Below, in pieces: positions 40,814-50,800 of a stretch of 64,000 bases of DNA. Every line of letters begins with the position of its first letter. Position 1 is the stretch's first letter. This stretch comes from Nitrospiraceae bacterium (GTDB taxonomy: Bacteria; Nitrospirota; Nitrospiria; Nitrospirales; Nitrospiraceae), in the NCBI GenBank assembly GCA_035454865.1, contig DATIGF010000102.1, positions 16,513-80,512 on the forward strand. Direction: 5' to 3'. The translations under genes were made by a program, and so were the position numbers. The notes beneath the pieces were generated by a model that worked only from the letters and a program-made list of their open reading frames with translations, was not told the DNA's origin and searched no databases.

Positions 40814-42931
40814 GTGTACCATCGTTCAGCCGCATTTTGCTTGTGCGTCGGTCTCAGTTGGCTTCTTGGCGTCAATCCCATTCCTGTCCAGGCTCAGTCT
40901 GAAGAACCGCTGGAGGTGAAGGAAGTCGTGGTCAGCAGCACCCGGCTACCAGACGCTCCGGTCGATGCCCGTACGCTTCCGGCGAAAGTGAATGTCATTA
41001 CGGCTGAAGACATCCGCAAGTCCGGCGCAAAGACTGTGCAGGAGGCGATTCAGTGGGCCAACAACATCGTCATGTATGATCAACTTGGAAATGCCTTTCA
41101 ACAGACCATCGACTTGCGCGGGTTCAGCGGCCAGCCGGTTCCTTCCACCAGCGTTTTTGTGGACGGCCAACGTATCAATGAGCCGGATTTCAACACCATC
41201 AACTTTGACCTGATCCCTTTTGACACGATCGAGCGGATTGAAATTATTCCCGGTCCTGCCACGATCTATGGAAAGAATGCAATGGGTGGTGTGATCAATA
41301 TCATCACCAAACGCGGCGGCGAGAAGCGTCAGGTCACGGGCGAGGCCATGGGCGGCAGTTGGGGACGCCAGCGCTACAGCATCAATGCGAGCGGGCCTAT
41401 CGGGAAGATCGACTACTATCTCAACCTCGCCAAAGAGACGGAAGACGGATACCGCGATTCCTCTGCCGCCAACATCTCGCGCGTCTATGGGAGAGTTGGC
41501 TATCGGCCGACCGAAGAGACTGATCTCGCGCTTTCGTATACCTTCGTGAAGGATAAACTTGAGCAGGCCGGCGTGTTGCCGTTGAGTGTCGAAGCAATCA
41601 ATCGGCGAGCAAGTTTCACTCCCGGCGATTTCGTAGATCACGATACGAACGTAGTCAGGCTGACCGGTCGTCAGGGACTACCGTGGGGATTCTCGCTCAA
41701 CGTCAACGGGTTCTATCGAAATCTGGACGAGCAGCTATTCGGGGTCGGGCAGCCTGCCTTTCCGGGGTCGATCCTGTCCACCGCCCAGACGAATTCTACG
41801 ACTCAGTCCTGGGGCGGCACCGTGCAGTTGACACAAGGCAGCCCAATTTTCGGACATCAGAACAGTCTCGTTATTGGCACCGACATCCAGCGAAACGAGT
41901 TTGGAAGTCGCCTCATGTCAACGTCAGGCTTCGGGCCGTTCAATAGCCAAACGGACACCAATGAGAACATTCTCGGACTGTATGCCCAGGACATGCTGAG
42001 TCTGTTCCCGAACCTCATATTGACCGCCGGGGTTCGGTATGATCAGGATACGATCCAGACAAATTTTGAAGACAGCTTTACTCCGCCTGGCGTCGGGAAG
42101 AGGACCTTCTATCGAACCAACCCGCGCGCCGGTTTGACTTATCTGGTTGCTCCCACCTCCAGCTTGTATTTCAACTTCAGCCAGGGGTTTCGAGTGCCTA
42201 CATTCTTTGAGCTCTTTCCGGTCGTGGGCCTGTCCAACCCAAACTTGAAGTCCGTCACCTCCGACAATTTTGAGATAGGTGGCAAGACCGGGCTCTGGAA
42301 TTGGGGAGAAGCCAGTGTGGCACTCTTCAACTCCAATGTTCAGAACGAAATATATTTTACTTGCACGAACTGTGACGTCTTCAGCGCCGGATTTGACGGG
42401 CTCAATCGCAATATCGACAGCACGCGTCGCCGAGGGATAGAGGCCAGCTTCAAGGGCCGGTACAATGAGTACTTCGACGGGATGATTAACTACACGTTCA
42501 CTGAGGCTACATTTCAGTCCATGTTCAACATCTCTACGACGAAAACGGTTATGCCCGGTGATACTATTCCGTCCGTTCCCAAGAATCGACTCAGCGTGAC
42601 CGGCAATGTTCACCCGGTGGATGGTTTAACGCTGACCTTAATCGGATTGTACGTCAGCGCGCAGTTTTACCAGAACGACGAAACGAACTCCCAACCGCGT
42701 CTGCCCGGATACTTCCTGCTCAATGGCCGTCTGGCTTATGAACGGAAGGTTCCAGGCGGGCGGCTCACGGGATTTCTCATGGTCAATAATATACTCAACC
42801 AGAAATATTCCACCTTCGGAACGATTGCGAACAACACTCTCACAGGAGGAGGCGCCCAGGAGCAGTTTGTTTCTCCTGCTCCAACGCTGGCGATCTACGG
42901 CGGTCTCAGTTATCGTTTTGAGGGATTGTGA
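40814..42931 (+). CDS. btuB: TonB-dependent receptor, probable cobalamin transporter (BtuB-like)
   Basis: Signal peptide, EVVVSSTR TonB box, plug motif IERIEII.GP..IYG.NAMGGVINIITK; riboswitch context. Confidence 0.82.
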   Translation: MYHRSAAFCLCVGLSWLLGVNPIPVQAQSEEPLEVKEVVVSSTRLPDAPVDARTLPAKVNVITAEDIRKSGAKTVQEAIQWANNIVMYDQLGNAFQQTIDLRGFSGQPVPSTSVFVDGQRINEPDFNTINFDLIPFDTIERIEIIPGPATIYGKNAMGGVINIITKRGGEKRQVTGEAMGGSWGRQRYSINASGPIGKIDYYLNLAKETEDGYRDSSAANISRVYGRVGYRPTEETDLALSYTFVKDKLEQAGVLPLSVEAINRRASFTPGDFVDHDTNVVRLTGRQGLPWGFSLNVNGFYRNLDEQLFGVGQPAFPGSILSTAQTNSTTQSWGGTVQLTQGSPIFGHQNSLVIGTDIQRNEFGSRLMSTSGFGPFNSQTDTNENILGLYAQDMLSLFPNLILTAGVRYDQDTIQTNFEDSFTPPGVGKRTFYRTNPRAGLTYLVAPTSSLYFNFSQGFRVPTFFELFPVVGLSNPNLKSVTSDNFEIGGKTGLWNWGEASVALFNSNVQNEIYFTCTNCDVFSAGFDGLNRNIDSTRRRGIEASFKGRYNEYFDGMINYTFTEATFQSMFNISTTKTVMPGDTIPSVPKNRLSVTGNVHPVDGLTLTLIGLYVSAQFYQNDETNSQPRLPGYFLLNGRLAYERKVPGGRLTGFLMVNNILNQKYSTFGTIANNTLTGGGAQEQFVSPAPTLAIYGGLSYRFEGL

Positions 42932-42974
42932 GGGCGGACAATGGCAGTTCGAACGTCAAAGGGATGGGGGGAGC

Positions 42975-43568
42975 ATGCGCATCACAAAAGTTTATACTAA
43001 AACCGGCGACAAGGGGAAAACCCGTCTCGCCGGAGGGCAGCCGGTCTGGAAAGACTGCATACGCGTTGAGTCGTATGGCACGGTTGACGAACTCAATGCG
43101 TCGTTGGGGATTGTGCGTGCGCTATGGATGGCGGAGGCCAAGGGACATACCCGAAGACAGGTGGAACGCGAGTTGCGATGGATCCAAAACAAATTGTTTG
43201 ACATTGGTGGCCTGCTGGCGACGGCACCGGGGCAGTCGTTCCAGAATATGCCGAGCATCCGAGCTGAGGATGTCTCCCGGCTGGAGAGGCTTATTGATGG
43301 GTGGCAGGAGGATCTTCTGCCTCTGAAGGAATTTATTCTGCCGGGGGGCGGGCCGATCGCCGGCTCGGTTCATTTGGCGCGAACCATTTGCCGGAGAGCG
43401 GAGCGTCGCTGTGTCAGCCTGATGCGGAAAGAGGCGGTAGAAGCTAATATTGTTACGTATCTGAACCGTCTGAGTGACGCGCTGTTCGTGCTGGCCCGGT
43501 GGGTGGCGCATCGTCTTGGCGAGAAAGAAATATTGTGGGAACGCACGCCACCCCACAGTGGTAAGTAA
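42975..43568 (+). CDS. PduO-type ATP:cob(I)alamin adenosyltransferase
   Basis: YTKTGDKG.T, YGTVDELN, FILPGG, RTICRRAER, LNRLSD. Confidence 0.93.
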   Translation: MRITKVYTKTGDKGKTRLAGGQPVWKDCIRVESYGTVDELNASLGIVRALWMAEAKGHTRRQVERELRWIQNKLFDIGGLLATAPGQSFQNMPSIRAEDVSRLERLIDGWQEDLLPLKEFILPGGGPIAGSVHLARTICRRAERRCVSLMRKEAVEANIVTYLNRLSDALFVLARWVAHRLGEKEILWERTPPHSGK

Positions 43569-43909
43569 ATTGACTCATTCAAAGGGCGAAGGGTGACGGT
43601 CTTCCATCTTGTCCCTGCCAGCAATCGCTTCATGATCCTTCTCTCTCAAAAATAGTGCGGAGTGTCTTCTCTCCTGATCCGGCAGTAGCGCCGATGGACA
43701 GGTGCGTATTCGTATGGAATGACGATTGCGCGCGGGTTGAATCGTTTCCTCAGACAAGAATTGTTACGTATTGCACAACAGTGCACAAAACCACGCAGAG
43801 TGTTCAGGTAGATGGTATCTGCGGGTGGGTCCACCAATTCGTACGTAGTTGACAGCATTTTGATCCACTTTGAGTCAAATGAAAATCTTGTGTCAGGACC
43901 GCGGGCATG

Positions 43910-43926
43910 TCGGCACAAAAGTTGCC
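43910..43926 (+). promoter_or_regulatory. sigma54 (-24/-12) promoter of the chemosensory operon
   Basis: TCGGCACAAAAGTTGCC with GG at 43912-13 and GC at 43924-25; palindrome TGCAC-N4-GTGCA at 43772-43785 upstream. Confidence 0.6.
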
Positions 43927-44107
43927 ATGGCTTGGTCTTGGAAATTGTCCGGTCGTTCAGGTTCTGCTGCGCATAGGCTGAAACCCTGGTTGAGTGCGGG
44001 AGCATCAGCTGTTGTCGAAATTCACGGTTTCCTTGCTAACCACTAACAAGTCGCTACACTTGCGTGAGAACACAGACCAGTTGGTCCTGATAAGGAGGAG
44101 GAGCGCT

Positions 44108-44842
44108 ATGAAGGTGCGGATGTCATCACTGATTGTGGGAGCAGGCCTCTGTGCCTTGGTGATAGGAATGCCTTCTTATGCCAGAGCGGGCGATGAAGCG
44201 GAGACCGCGGAATTACTCATCGCCTTGCTCAAATCCGGTCGAGCCGTGGTGTCCGAACACCAGGCGTTAATCAATGATGCATCAAAAGGCAATAAGGGAT
44301 TCACGGATGAGTTCGTGGCTCACGAAATTATCGAAAAGTTCAAGGCAAAGACCCGTGTCGATCTGAGTCGTCCAAGCGGCATTCCCCAAAGGGACTTGTT
44401 ACTCGCGTTACTGGAGTCCGAACGCGAAGTGGTGCTTGAGGGACAGCCGGTTATTAACAAACAGGGCGTTGCCTTCAAAGGGTTTATCCCCGCCGTGTTT
44501 GCCCGAAAGGCGGGGGAAAAATTTTACAGGAAAACCGGCATCAAGCTGAAGCTGACCGGTGCTGATTATCGGTTTCCAGGCAATAAGCCGGATGACTTTG
44601 AGGCCGAAGTGCTCCGCATGTTTGCCGATCCTCGTCATCCGAAAGGGCAGCAATATGCGAAGGCAACCATGGTGAATGGCAAACCGGTGATGCGGGTGAT
44701 GGACCCCGAATATGCCGGAGCTACGTGCCTTACCTGCCATGGCGGTCCCAAGGGAGAGCGCGATATCACGGGGATGAAGAAAGAAGGATGGAAGGAAGGC
44801 GAGTTGGCCGGTGCGATCAGCATTGTGATGCCGATGCGCTAA
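44108..44842 (+). CDS. Exported c-type heme protein, DUF3365/Tll0287-like
   Basis: AAGGAGG RBS, signal peptide ending ARA, R.P.N.PD.FE, CLTCH, G.LAGAISI motifs. Confidence 0.85.
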   Translation: MKVRMSSLIVGAGLCALVIGMPSYARAGDEAETAELLIALLKSGRAVVSEHQALINDASKGNKGFTDEFVAHEIIEKFKAKTRVDLSRPSGIPQRDLLLALLESEREVVLEGQPVINKQGVAFKGFIPAVFARKAGEKFYRKTGIKLKLTGADYRFPGNKPDDFEAEVLRMFADPRHPKGQQYAKATMVNGKPVMRVMDPEYAGATCLTCHGGPKGERDITGMKKEGWKEGELAGAISIVMPMR

Positions 44843-44881
44843 GGGTGCATGTAATTCTTAACGAACGAGAGGAAGGAACTC

Positions 44882-45244
44882 ATGAGCAAGATTGTGGTTG
44901 TTGATGATTCGTATGCGGAGTTGCAGGTGATTGAGTCGTATCTCAAAGCGGCCAGCCATACGGTGGTGTCTTTCCCAAACACGGAAAAGCTGGAAGAGAA
45001 GATTGCTGCGGAGAAGCCGGACCTCATCGTCATGGATGTGGTGATGCCGGGCCGGAACGGGTTCCAGGCATGCCGAGACTTGAAGAATGATGACCGGTTC
45101 AAAGGGATTCCAATTGTGCTGTGCACATCCAAGGGGCAGGAAAGCGACAAGTTCTGGGGGCAGCAACAGGGTGCCAATGGACACGTGGTGAAGCCCTTTA
45201 AGTCAGAAGACCTGCTGGCTGCCGTGAAGCGCGCGCTGGGATAA
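44882..45244 (+). CDS. Single-domain response regulator, PilH/CheY-like
   Basis: VDDS, MDVVMPG.NGFQACR, TSK...SDKFWG..QGA, KPF. Confidence 0.9.
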   Translation: MSKIVVVDDSYAELQVIESYLKAASHTVVSFPNTEKLEEKIAAEKPDLIVMDVVMPGRNGFQACRDLKNDDRFKGIPIVLCTSKGQESDKFWGQQQGANGHVVKPFKSEDLLAAVKRALG

Positions 45245-45284
45245 TGGAATCGGTGGAGCCTGGCCTGTCACCCGGCTGGAGATA

Positions 45285-45782
45285 ATGGAACCAACGCTTG
45301 AACTGCCACAATCGAGTGCCTCCCAGGGATCTGAACACGTACGATCCGCCGTTCCCTCGCGGATCTGCCTCATTACGATAGGAGGGGAGCTTTTTGCCAT
45401 TGATCTCCGCCACGTTCGTGAGGTGTTTGAGCTCGAATCGATCACCCCGGTTCCCGGGATGCCCGCCTCATTAGTCGGTGTCGCCAACCTTCGCGGGACT
45501 GTGGTCCCGCTGGCTGATTTGCGGCCGTCATTGGGCGTGGCAAGCTCGGCTGCGCCGAAGTATGCCGTGGTCGTGCGACATGGCGCTCAACAGGTCGGTA
45601 TCCTCATCGATGATGTTCCTGAAATTCGGACCATCCATCAGGACGACATGTTGGCGGCATCGACCCGCGGTGTGACCGATGGCCGCCCGTTTCTGTCAGG
45701 TCTTGTGAAAATTGAGAACCGGATGAGCGGGATGGTGGAGGTCTCCAGACTGTTGGCCTCTGTTGAGGGGACAATGAATTAG
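45285..45782 (+). CDS. cheW: CheW-family coupling protein
   Basis: ITPVPG.P...VGVANLRG.VVP..DL. Confidence 0.92.
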   Translation: MEPTLELPQSSASQGSEHVRSAVPSRICLITIGGELFAIDLRHVREVFELESITPVPGMPASLVGVANLRGTVVPLADLRPSLGVASSAAPKYAVVVRHGAQQVGILIDDVPEIRTIHQDDMLAASTRGVTDGRPFLSGLVKIENRMSGMVEVSRLLASVEGTMN

Positions 45783-45885
45783 TCAAACAGCATGAACGGG
45801 CGCGCATGGGACAAGCGAGCGACGGAAACATCACGATCCTAGAGAGGGTATCCATCTATCCCGAGGGGTGAGGAGGAGGAAAGTC

Positions 45886-47775
45886 ATGGCGAGGCACAGC
45901 AAATCGACGACATGGTCAGTTCAATCGTGGTTCCAAAATCTGAAGACTTTGCCCAAGCTGATTGTCGGGTTCTCCGCCGTCGGCGCCATCATGATCATGG
46001 TCGGGTTGGTCGGTCTGATCGGTCTCAACAAGCTCAAAGGTGAGTTGCAGTCGATTTACGACGGATCGACCTTGGCCCTCTCAAACACGGGAGTCAGCAG
46101 CACCAACCTCGGCCTGTACCACGACGCCCTCCTGAGCGTCGCCCGGCAGACAAGAAAGAGCGACTTCGAAGATGCTATTGCCCCGCTCGCCGACTTGAAG
46201 AGGCAGACACTCGCACCCCTCGAGGCCTACCAAGCGTCCGAGTTACACGAGTCGTCGACCGGCCGCAATGAAGGTAAAGACCTGCTGGCTCTTCGCACAG
46301 CGCTACAGGATTATTTCCTGGCTTCGGAAGGCGCCGTCGGCGCCTTCGCCGACAGCTTCGGTTCTTCGCTCTCGGATGATCAAAAGCAGGCGATGAAAGA
46401 TCTCGGTAACCTCGCCTTGTCCGTCGAAGTGGCAAACAAATACAACACAGCCACACTCCGTGTTCGAGAGCTGATGACCACCATTCGAGAAATCGCAAAG
46501 GAATTAAACGACAACGGACAAGCGGAGGCATCCTATCGCACCAACGTTGTGTTAATCGGAGGAATCCTGGCCCTTGTTCTCGGAGGCGCCATCGGGTATT
46601 TCCTCGCCAGATATATTGCTCGGAACATCGTCCATGTGGCCGACGTCGCCGAACAGGCCGCTGCCGGGAATCTGCAAGCGCGAGCCAAGCTGGAGAGCGA
46701 CGATGAAGTCGGTCACATGGCCAAGGCGTTCAATGCCATGTTGGACCGGATCACGGCTCTCGTGTCGACGGAAGAAGAGCGAGACACGATGCAAAAGCGC
46801 CTCATGCAGTTTCTCGTGCTGGTGTCGGACGTCGGTAAAGGAGACCTGACGAAGCGTGGCGAAGTGACGGCCGACATGTTCGGAAACCTGGCCGACGGTT
46901 TCAATCTCATGATTCAACGATTTGCCCAGTTGATGAAGCAAGTCCGCGAATCAGCCGACCGCGTCAATAAGTCGGCCGGAGCGTTGCGGGATAACGCCGG
47001 ACAAATGGCTGGAACCGCCAAACACCAAGCGGACGAATCGGTGAAAACGCTCGGCGCGGTCGAACAGCTGGCGGCCTCGATGCGTCAGGTGGCAGAAACT
47101 GCAGGAGCATCATCGGAATCGGCCCGCCAGGTGCTCCAAGCCACTGAGCGTGGTCGTGTTGCGGTGCAGGAAACCGTCCAGGACATGCAAAGCATCCGGT
47201 CTGCGGTGCAACGCATGTCGAAGCAGGTCAAAGCACTCGGCGATCGTTCGTTAGAAATTTCGCAAATCGTGTCGACCATTCGTGAAATCGCCAACCAGAC
47301 CAACCTGCTCGCGCTGAACGCCGCCATCGAGGCGGCCGGCGCCGGTGAAGCCGGGGCGCGATTCGCCGTCGTCGCCGACCAGGTGCGAAAACTGGCCGAA
47401 AGCTCCACGCAAGCAACGCGGGAAATTGCGGACCTGGTGAAGGTCATTCAGAGCGAAACTCAGGATGCGGTCGTCGCGATGGAACATGAAACGCAAGCCG
47501 TGGAAGCGGGGTCCGCATCCGCGCTTCGTACCGGCGATGTGTTCAAAGAAATTTCAACGATTGCCCAGCGGTCCGCCGAGTTGGCCCAGACCATCGCCTC
47601 ATCGGCGGCCAACCAGACTGCCTCGACAGATCAAGTGGGTCGCTCGATTAAGGACTTCACCGGCGGTGCCGTGGCGACGCAGAAAGCAACCGACTCAGCT
47701 CGTGCGACAGTCGAAGACATGGCGAAGCTCGCCGAAAGTCTGACGGCGTCAGTGTCGCAATTCAAGTTGGCTTAA
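45886..47775 (+). CDS. Methyl-accepting chemotaxis protein (PilJ-like; helical periplasmic domain, HAMP, signalling domain)
   Basis: Two TM segments, [31 protein letters not shown]. Confidence 0.93.
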   Translation: MARHSKSTTWSVQSWFQNLKTLPKLIVGFSAVGAIMIMVGLVGLIGLNKLKGELQSIYDGSTLALSNTGVSSTNLGLYHDALLSVARQTRKSDFEDAIAPLADLKRQTLAPLEAYQASELHESSTGRNEGKDLLALRTALQDYFLASEGAVGAFADSFGSSLSDDQKQAMKDLGNLALSVEVANKYNTATLRVRELMTTIREIAKELNDNGQAEASYRTNVVLIGGILALVLGGAIGYFLARYIARNIVHVADVAEQAAAGNLQARAKLESDDEVGHMAKAFNAMLDRITALVSTEEERDTMQKRLMQFLVLVSDVGKGDLTKRGEVTADMFGNLADGFNLMIQRFAQLMKQVRESADRVNKSAGALRDNAGQMAGTAKHQADESVKTLGAVEQLAASMRQVAETAGASSESARQVLQATERGRVAVQETVQDMQSIRSAVQRMSKQVKALGDRSLEISQIVSTIREIANQTNLLALNAAIEAAGAGEAGARFAVVADQVRKLAESSTQATREIADLVKVIQSETQDAVVAMEHETQAVEAGSASALRTGDVFKEISTIAQRSAELAQTIASSAANQTASTDQVGRSIKDFTGGAVATQKATDSARATVEDMAKLAESLTASVSQFKLA

Positions 47776-47829
47776 AGATAGCAATGACCCGGAGAAGGCT
47801 TGTGCTTCTCTGGGCATAAAGGGGCACGG

Positions 47830-50800
47830 ATGAGCTCGGAATTCGACCAGCAAAATCTCGTTGCCATTTTTGTCGCCGAAGCGACGGATGGGATGACGGC
47901 ACTCACCAGCGTCCTGCATCCTCCTGATGAGAGCGTTCCTACGCCGCTGCAACTTCAGGGACAGTACATAGTCGCCCACAAGATTCGCGGAGCCGCCGCT
48001 CTGTACGGGTATAGCGCAGTCGCTCAGCTGGCTGAACGGCTGGAGGCAGTGCTTGAACAGGCGTTGAGTGTCCCTGATGCCGAGTGGCCGCGAGCGGTCG
48101 GTGCGATGCGGGAGATGGTTCAAGGAATCCAATCGCTCATTCAGTCAATCGGGCAGGGTGGGACTGAAGACGCAGGTGTAGTGGAACGGTGTCTGGCGTC
48201 CTCGGAGGGGTTGGTTCCGGAGGCGTCGGGCGGAGAGTCTTCCGTGCCGGCTGAATCGTCAACGAGCCCGGAATATATCAATCCTGAACTCGATGCCGAG
48301 GTGCTGTCGTATTTTGCGCCGGAAGCGCAGGAATACCTCGATACGATAGATGGGTTGGTTCAGGAACTGCAGACCAATCCGAGCGATGAAGATGCGAGCT
48401 ATCGGCTCTTTCGAACGGCGCATACACTCAAGGGGTCGGCCTATACTGTCGGCTTTCAAGTCATCGGAGACATTGCCCATCCGATGGAGGATTGCATGGT
48501 CGCAGTTCGGGAAGGACGCATTCAGCTGAGTCGCGAACTTCTGGAAGTGATTGCGCAGGCCGGTGGGATTATCCGACTCATTCTTCGACGCGATCCGGTC
48601 AATGTGGGCCGATTGCAGGAAGAGGTGCCCAGGGTTAGTCGTATTCTGAGCCAATTACGCGAGGGGCAGGCGGTGATACTGTCACCCACGCAGACTGCCA
48701 CGGCGATCGACACTCCTGAGGCGGCCGCTGTCTCGTCTCCTGCGCTGACGACGACAGTCGCCGATGTGAAACCGGATCTGCCGGCAACCCTGACGGACGA
48801 TTACTTGGTTCCCCATCTGGATCCTGAAGTCTTGTCGTATTTCGCACCGGAGGCCCAAGAGTATCTCGAGACCCTTGAGGCCAATCTACTGCGCTTGGAC
48901 AAGGACCCCGAGAATAAGGAACTGATCAATCAGCTCTTTCGGACCGCGCACACATTGAAAGGCTCGGCCTACACAGTAGGTTTCGCATCCATTGGAGATC
49001 TTGTTCACCACGTCGAAGATTTCATGGGCGCTGTTCGCGACAATCGCCTGAAAGTTCTGCCGGGGCACACGGATCTGCTGCTTAGATCGGTAGACGTGGT
49101 CCGAGTCCTCATGCGGAGAGATCCGAGCATGTTGGCCGGGACGAGACTCCGGTTTGAGGCCGCCATGTCAGAGCTGAAGCGGTTGGAACAGGGTGAGGCG
49201 CCTGCATCGGCGAGCCCGTCTCAGAGCGTGTCGGCTCCTCTATCAAGTGTCGAACAGAACGCAGGTATCGGAGATGATCAGACGCTAGGCAGGGCGACAG
49301 ACGGGAAGCCGGTGGAGGAGCGGGAAGTCATCCGCGTCAGTCGCGACCGGTTGGAGCGGCTACTGAACCTCGTCGGCGAGCTTGTGATCGGACGAGGACG
49401 TCTTGAACAGCGTCTGCGGGTTTTGGAGCAGCTGTCGCAGCAGGTATTGGCGTGCAAGAGCCGCTTGGTCGATTCCGTCCAATCCTTCGAGGAAAAGCAT
49501 ACGTTTACTTTCCAAGCCGCACCAAGCACTTCGGCTGAACCGGCTACCCAAGGATTTCCCGGTTCGAGCGATTTCGGCAGTCTCGAGCTCGATAAGTACG
49601 ACGATTTTAATATCTTGGCCCGTCGAATCAGTGAGGTTACCGCCGATATTAGTGAATCGATGTCGCAATTGAGTGGGTCCATCCGGCGATCTCACGAAGA
49701 CATGAGCCAATTGCAGCATTTAACGTTGGGAATGCGAGACGAAATTGCGCGGGCGCGCATGGTCCCTGTTGGAACTCCCTTTACCCGATTCCGCCGTGCC
49801 ATTCGTGAAATCGCTCGCGCATCCAATAAAGAAGTATCCTTGGTCACCTCGGGTGAACATACGGAAGTCGATACGGGAGTCGTCGAACGATTGGTGGATC
49901 CCTTGGTCCATTTGGTCCGGAACGCGGTTTATCACGGCATTGAGCCGTCAGCCGAGCGGATCTCCAAGGGCAAACCTGCCGTTGGAACGGTCTATCTCCA
50001 TGCGGCTCATCGTGGAAACTCGATCATCATAGAAGTTGAAGATGACGGTGCGGGCCTCGACCTGACGAAAATACGCGCGAAAGCCGTGAAGCTTGGACTG
50101 GTGCGGTCAGACCAAGTTCAGGCGATGTCCGAAGCGGAAGCGCTCAAGTTTATCTTTGCACCGGGGTTTTCGACGGCTGACAAGATTGGAGACCAGGCCG
50201 GCCGCGGCGTTGGCCTTGATGTGGTCAAGCGAGTTATCGAAGGGATGAACGGTCATATCAATGTCGAGTCCGTTCCCGGCGTCGGAACAAAGTTTACGTT
50301 GGATTTGCCCCTGACTCTTCTCATTGCCACGGCCTTGCTGGTACGAGCCGGCAATGAGCGTTACGCCATTCCTTTGCCGAGTGTGCGCGAAGTAACCATG
50401 TCGACAGCCGCATCGCTGCAACAGATGGGAGACCGTGCAGTGTTGCATCTAGGCGAGGAAGCCATCGAGGTGCAGTCACTGCGCCACATTCTTCGACATG
50501 AAGTCGGGGCGGTCGATTACACGATGCCGATCGTGATCGTGAGAACGGTGGCCGGCCCTGTTGGACTCGCGGTAGACGAGTTGCTGGGTCGACAGGAAAT
50601 TGTGATTAAATCGCTCGGCTCATTGAAGCCGCTTGAACGATCCGTCTTCGGGGGGGCGACAATTGATCCTGAGGGCCGGGTGGTGCTGGTGATCGATCCC
50701 AGCCGCCTGATGGCCCGCGAATCGAACGAATCCATGGCCGCGCCGGCAGCTCAAGATGCCGCATTGTCGGGGAGCGGCACAACGGGACAAGATGACGAGC

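Noticed and set aside
42360-42376. CTNC motif in the TonB-dependent receptor as a metal or heme site
   Set aside because: No following His; more simply explained as a loop disulfide
43930-44100. c-di-GMP riboswitch in the chemosensory operon leader
   Set aside because: I could not find the GEMM core (GGCAAAC...GAAA...GACGCAAAG); an Infernal search would be needed to exclude other RNA structures
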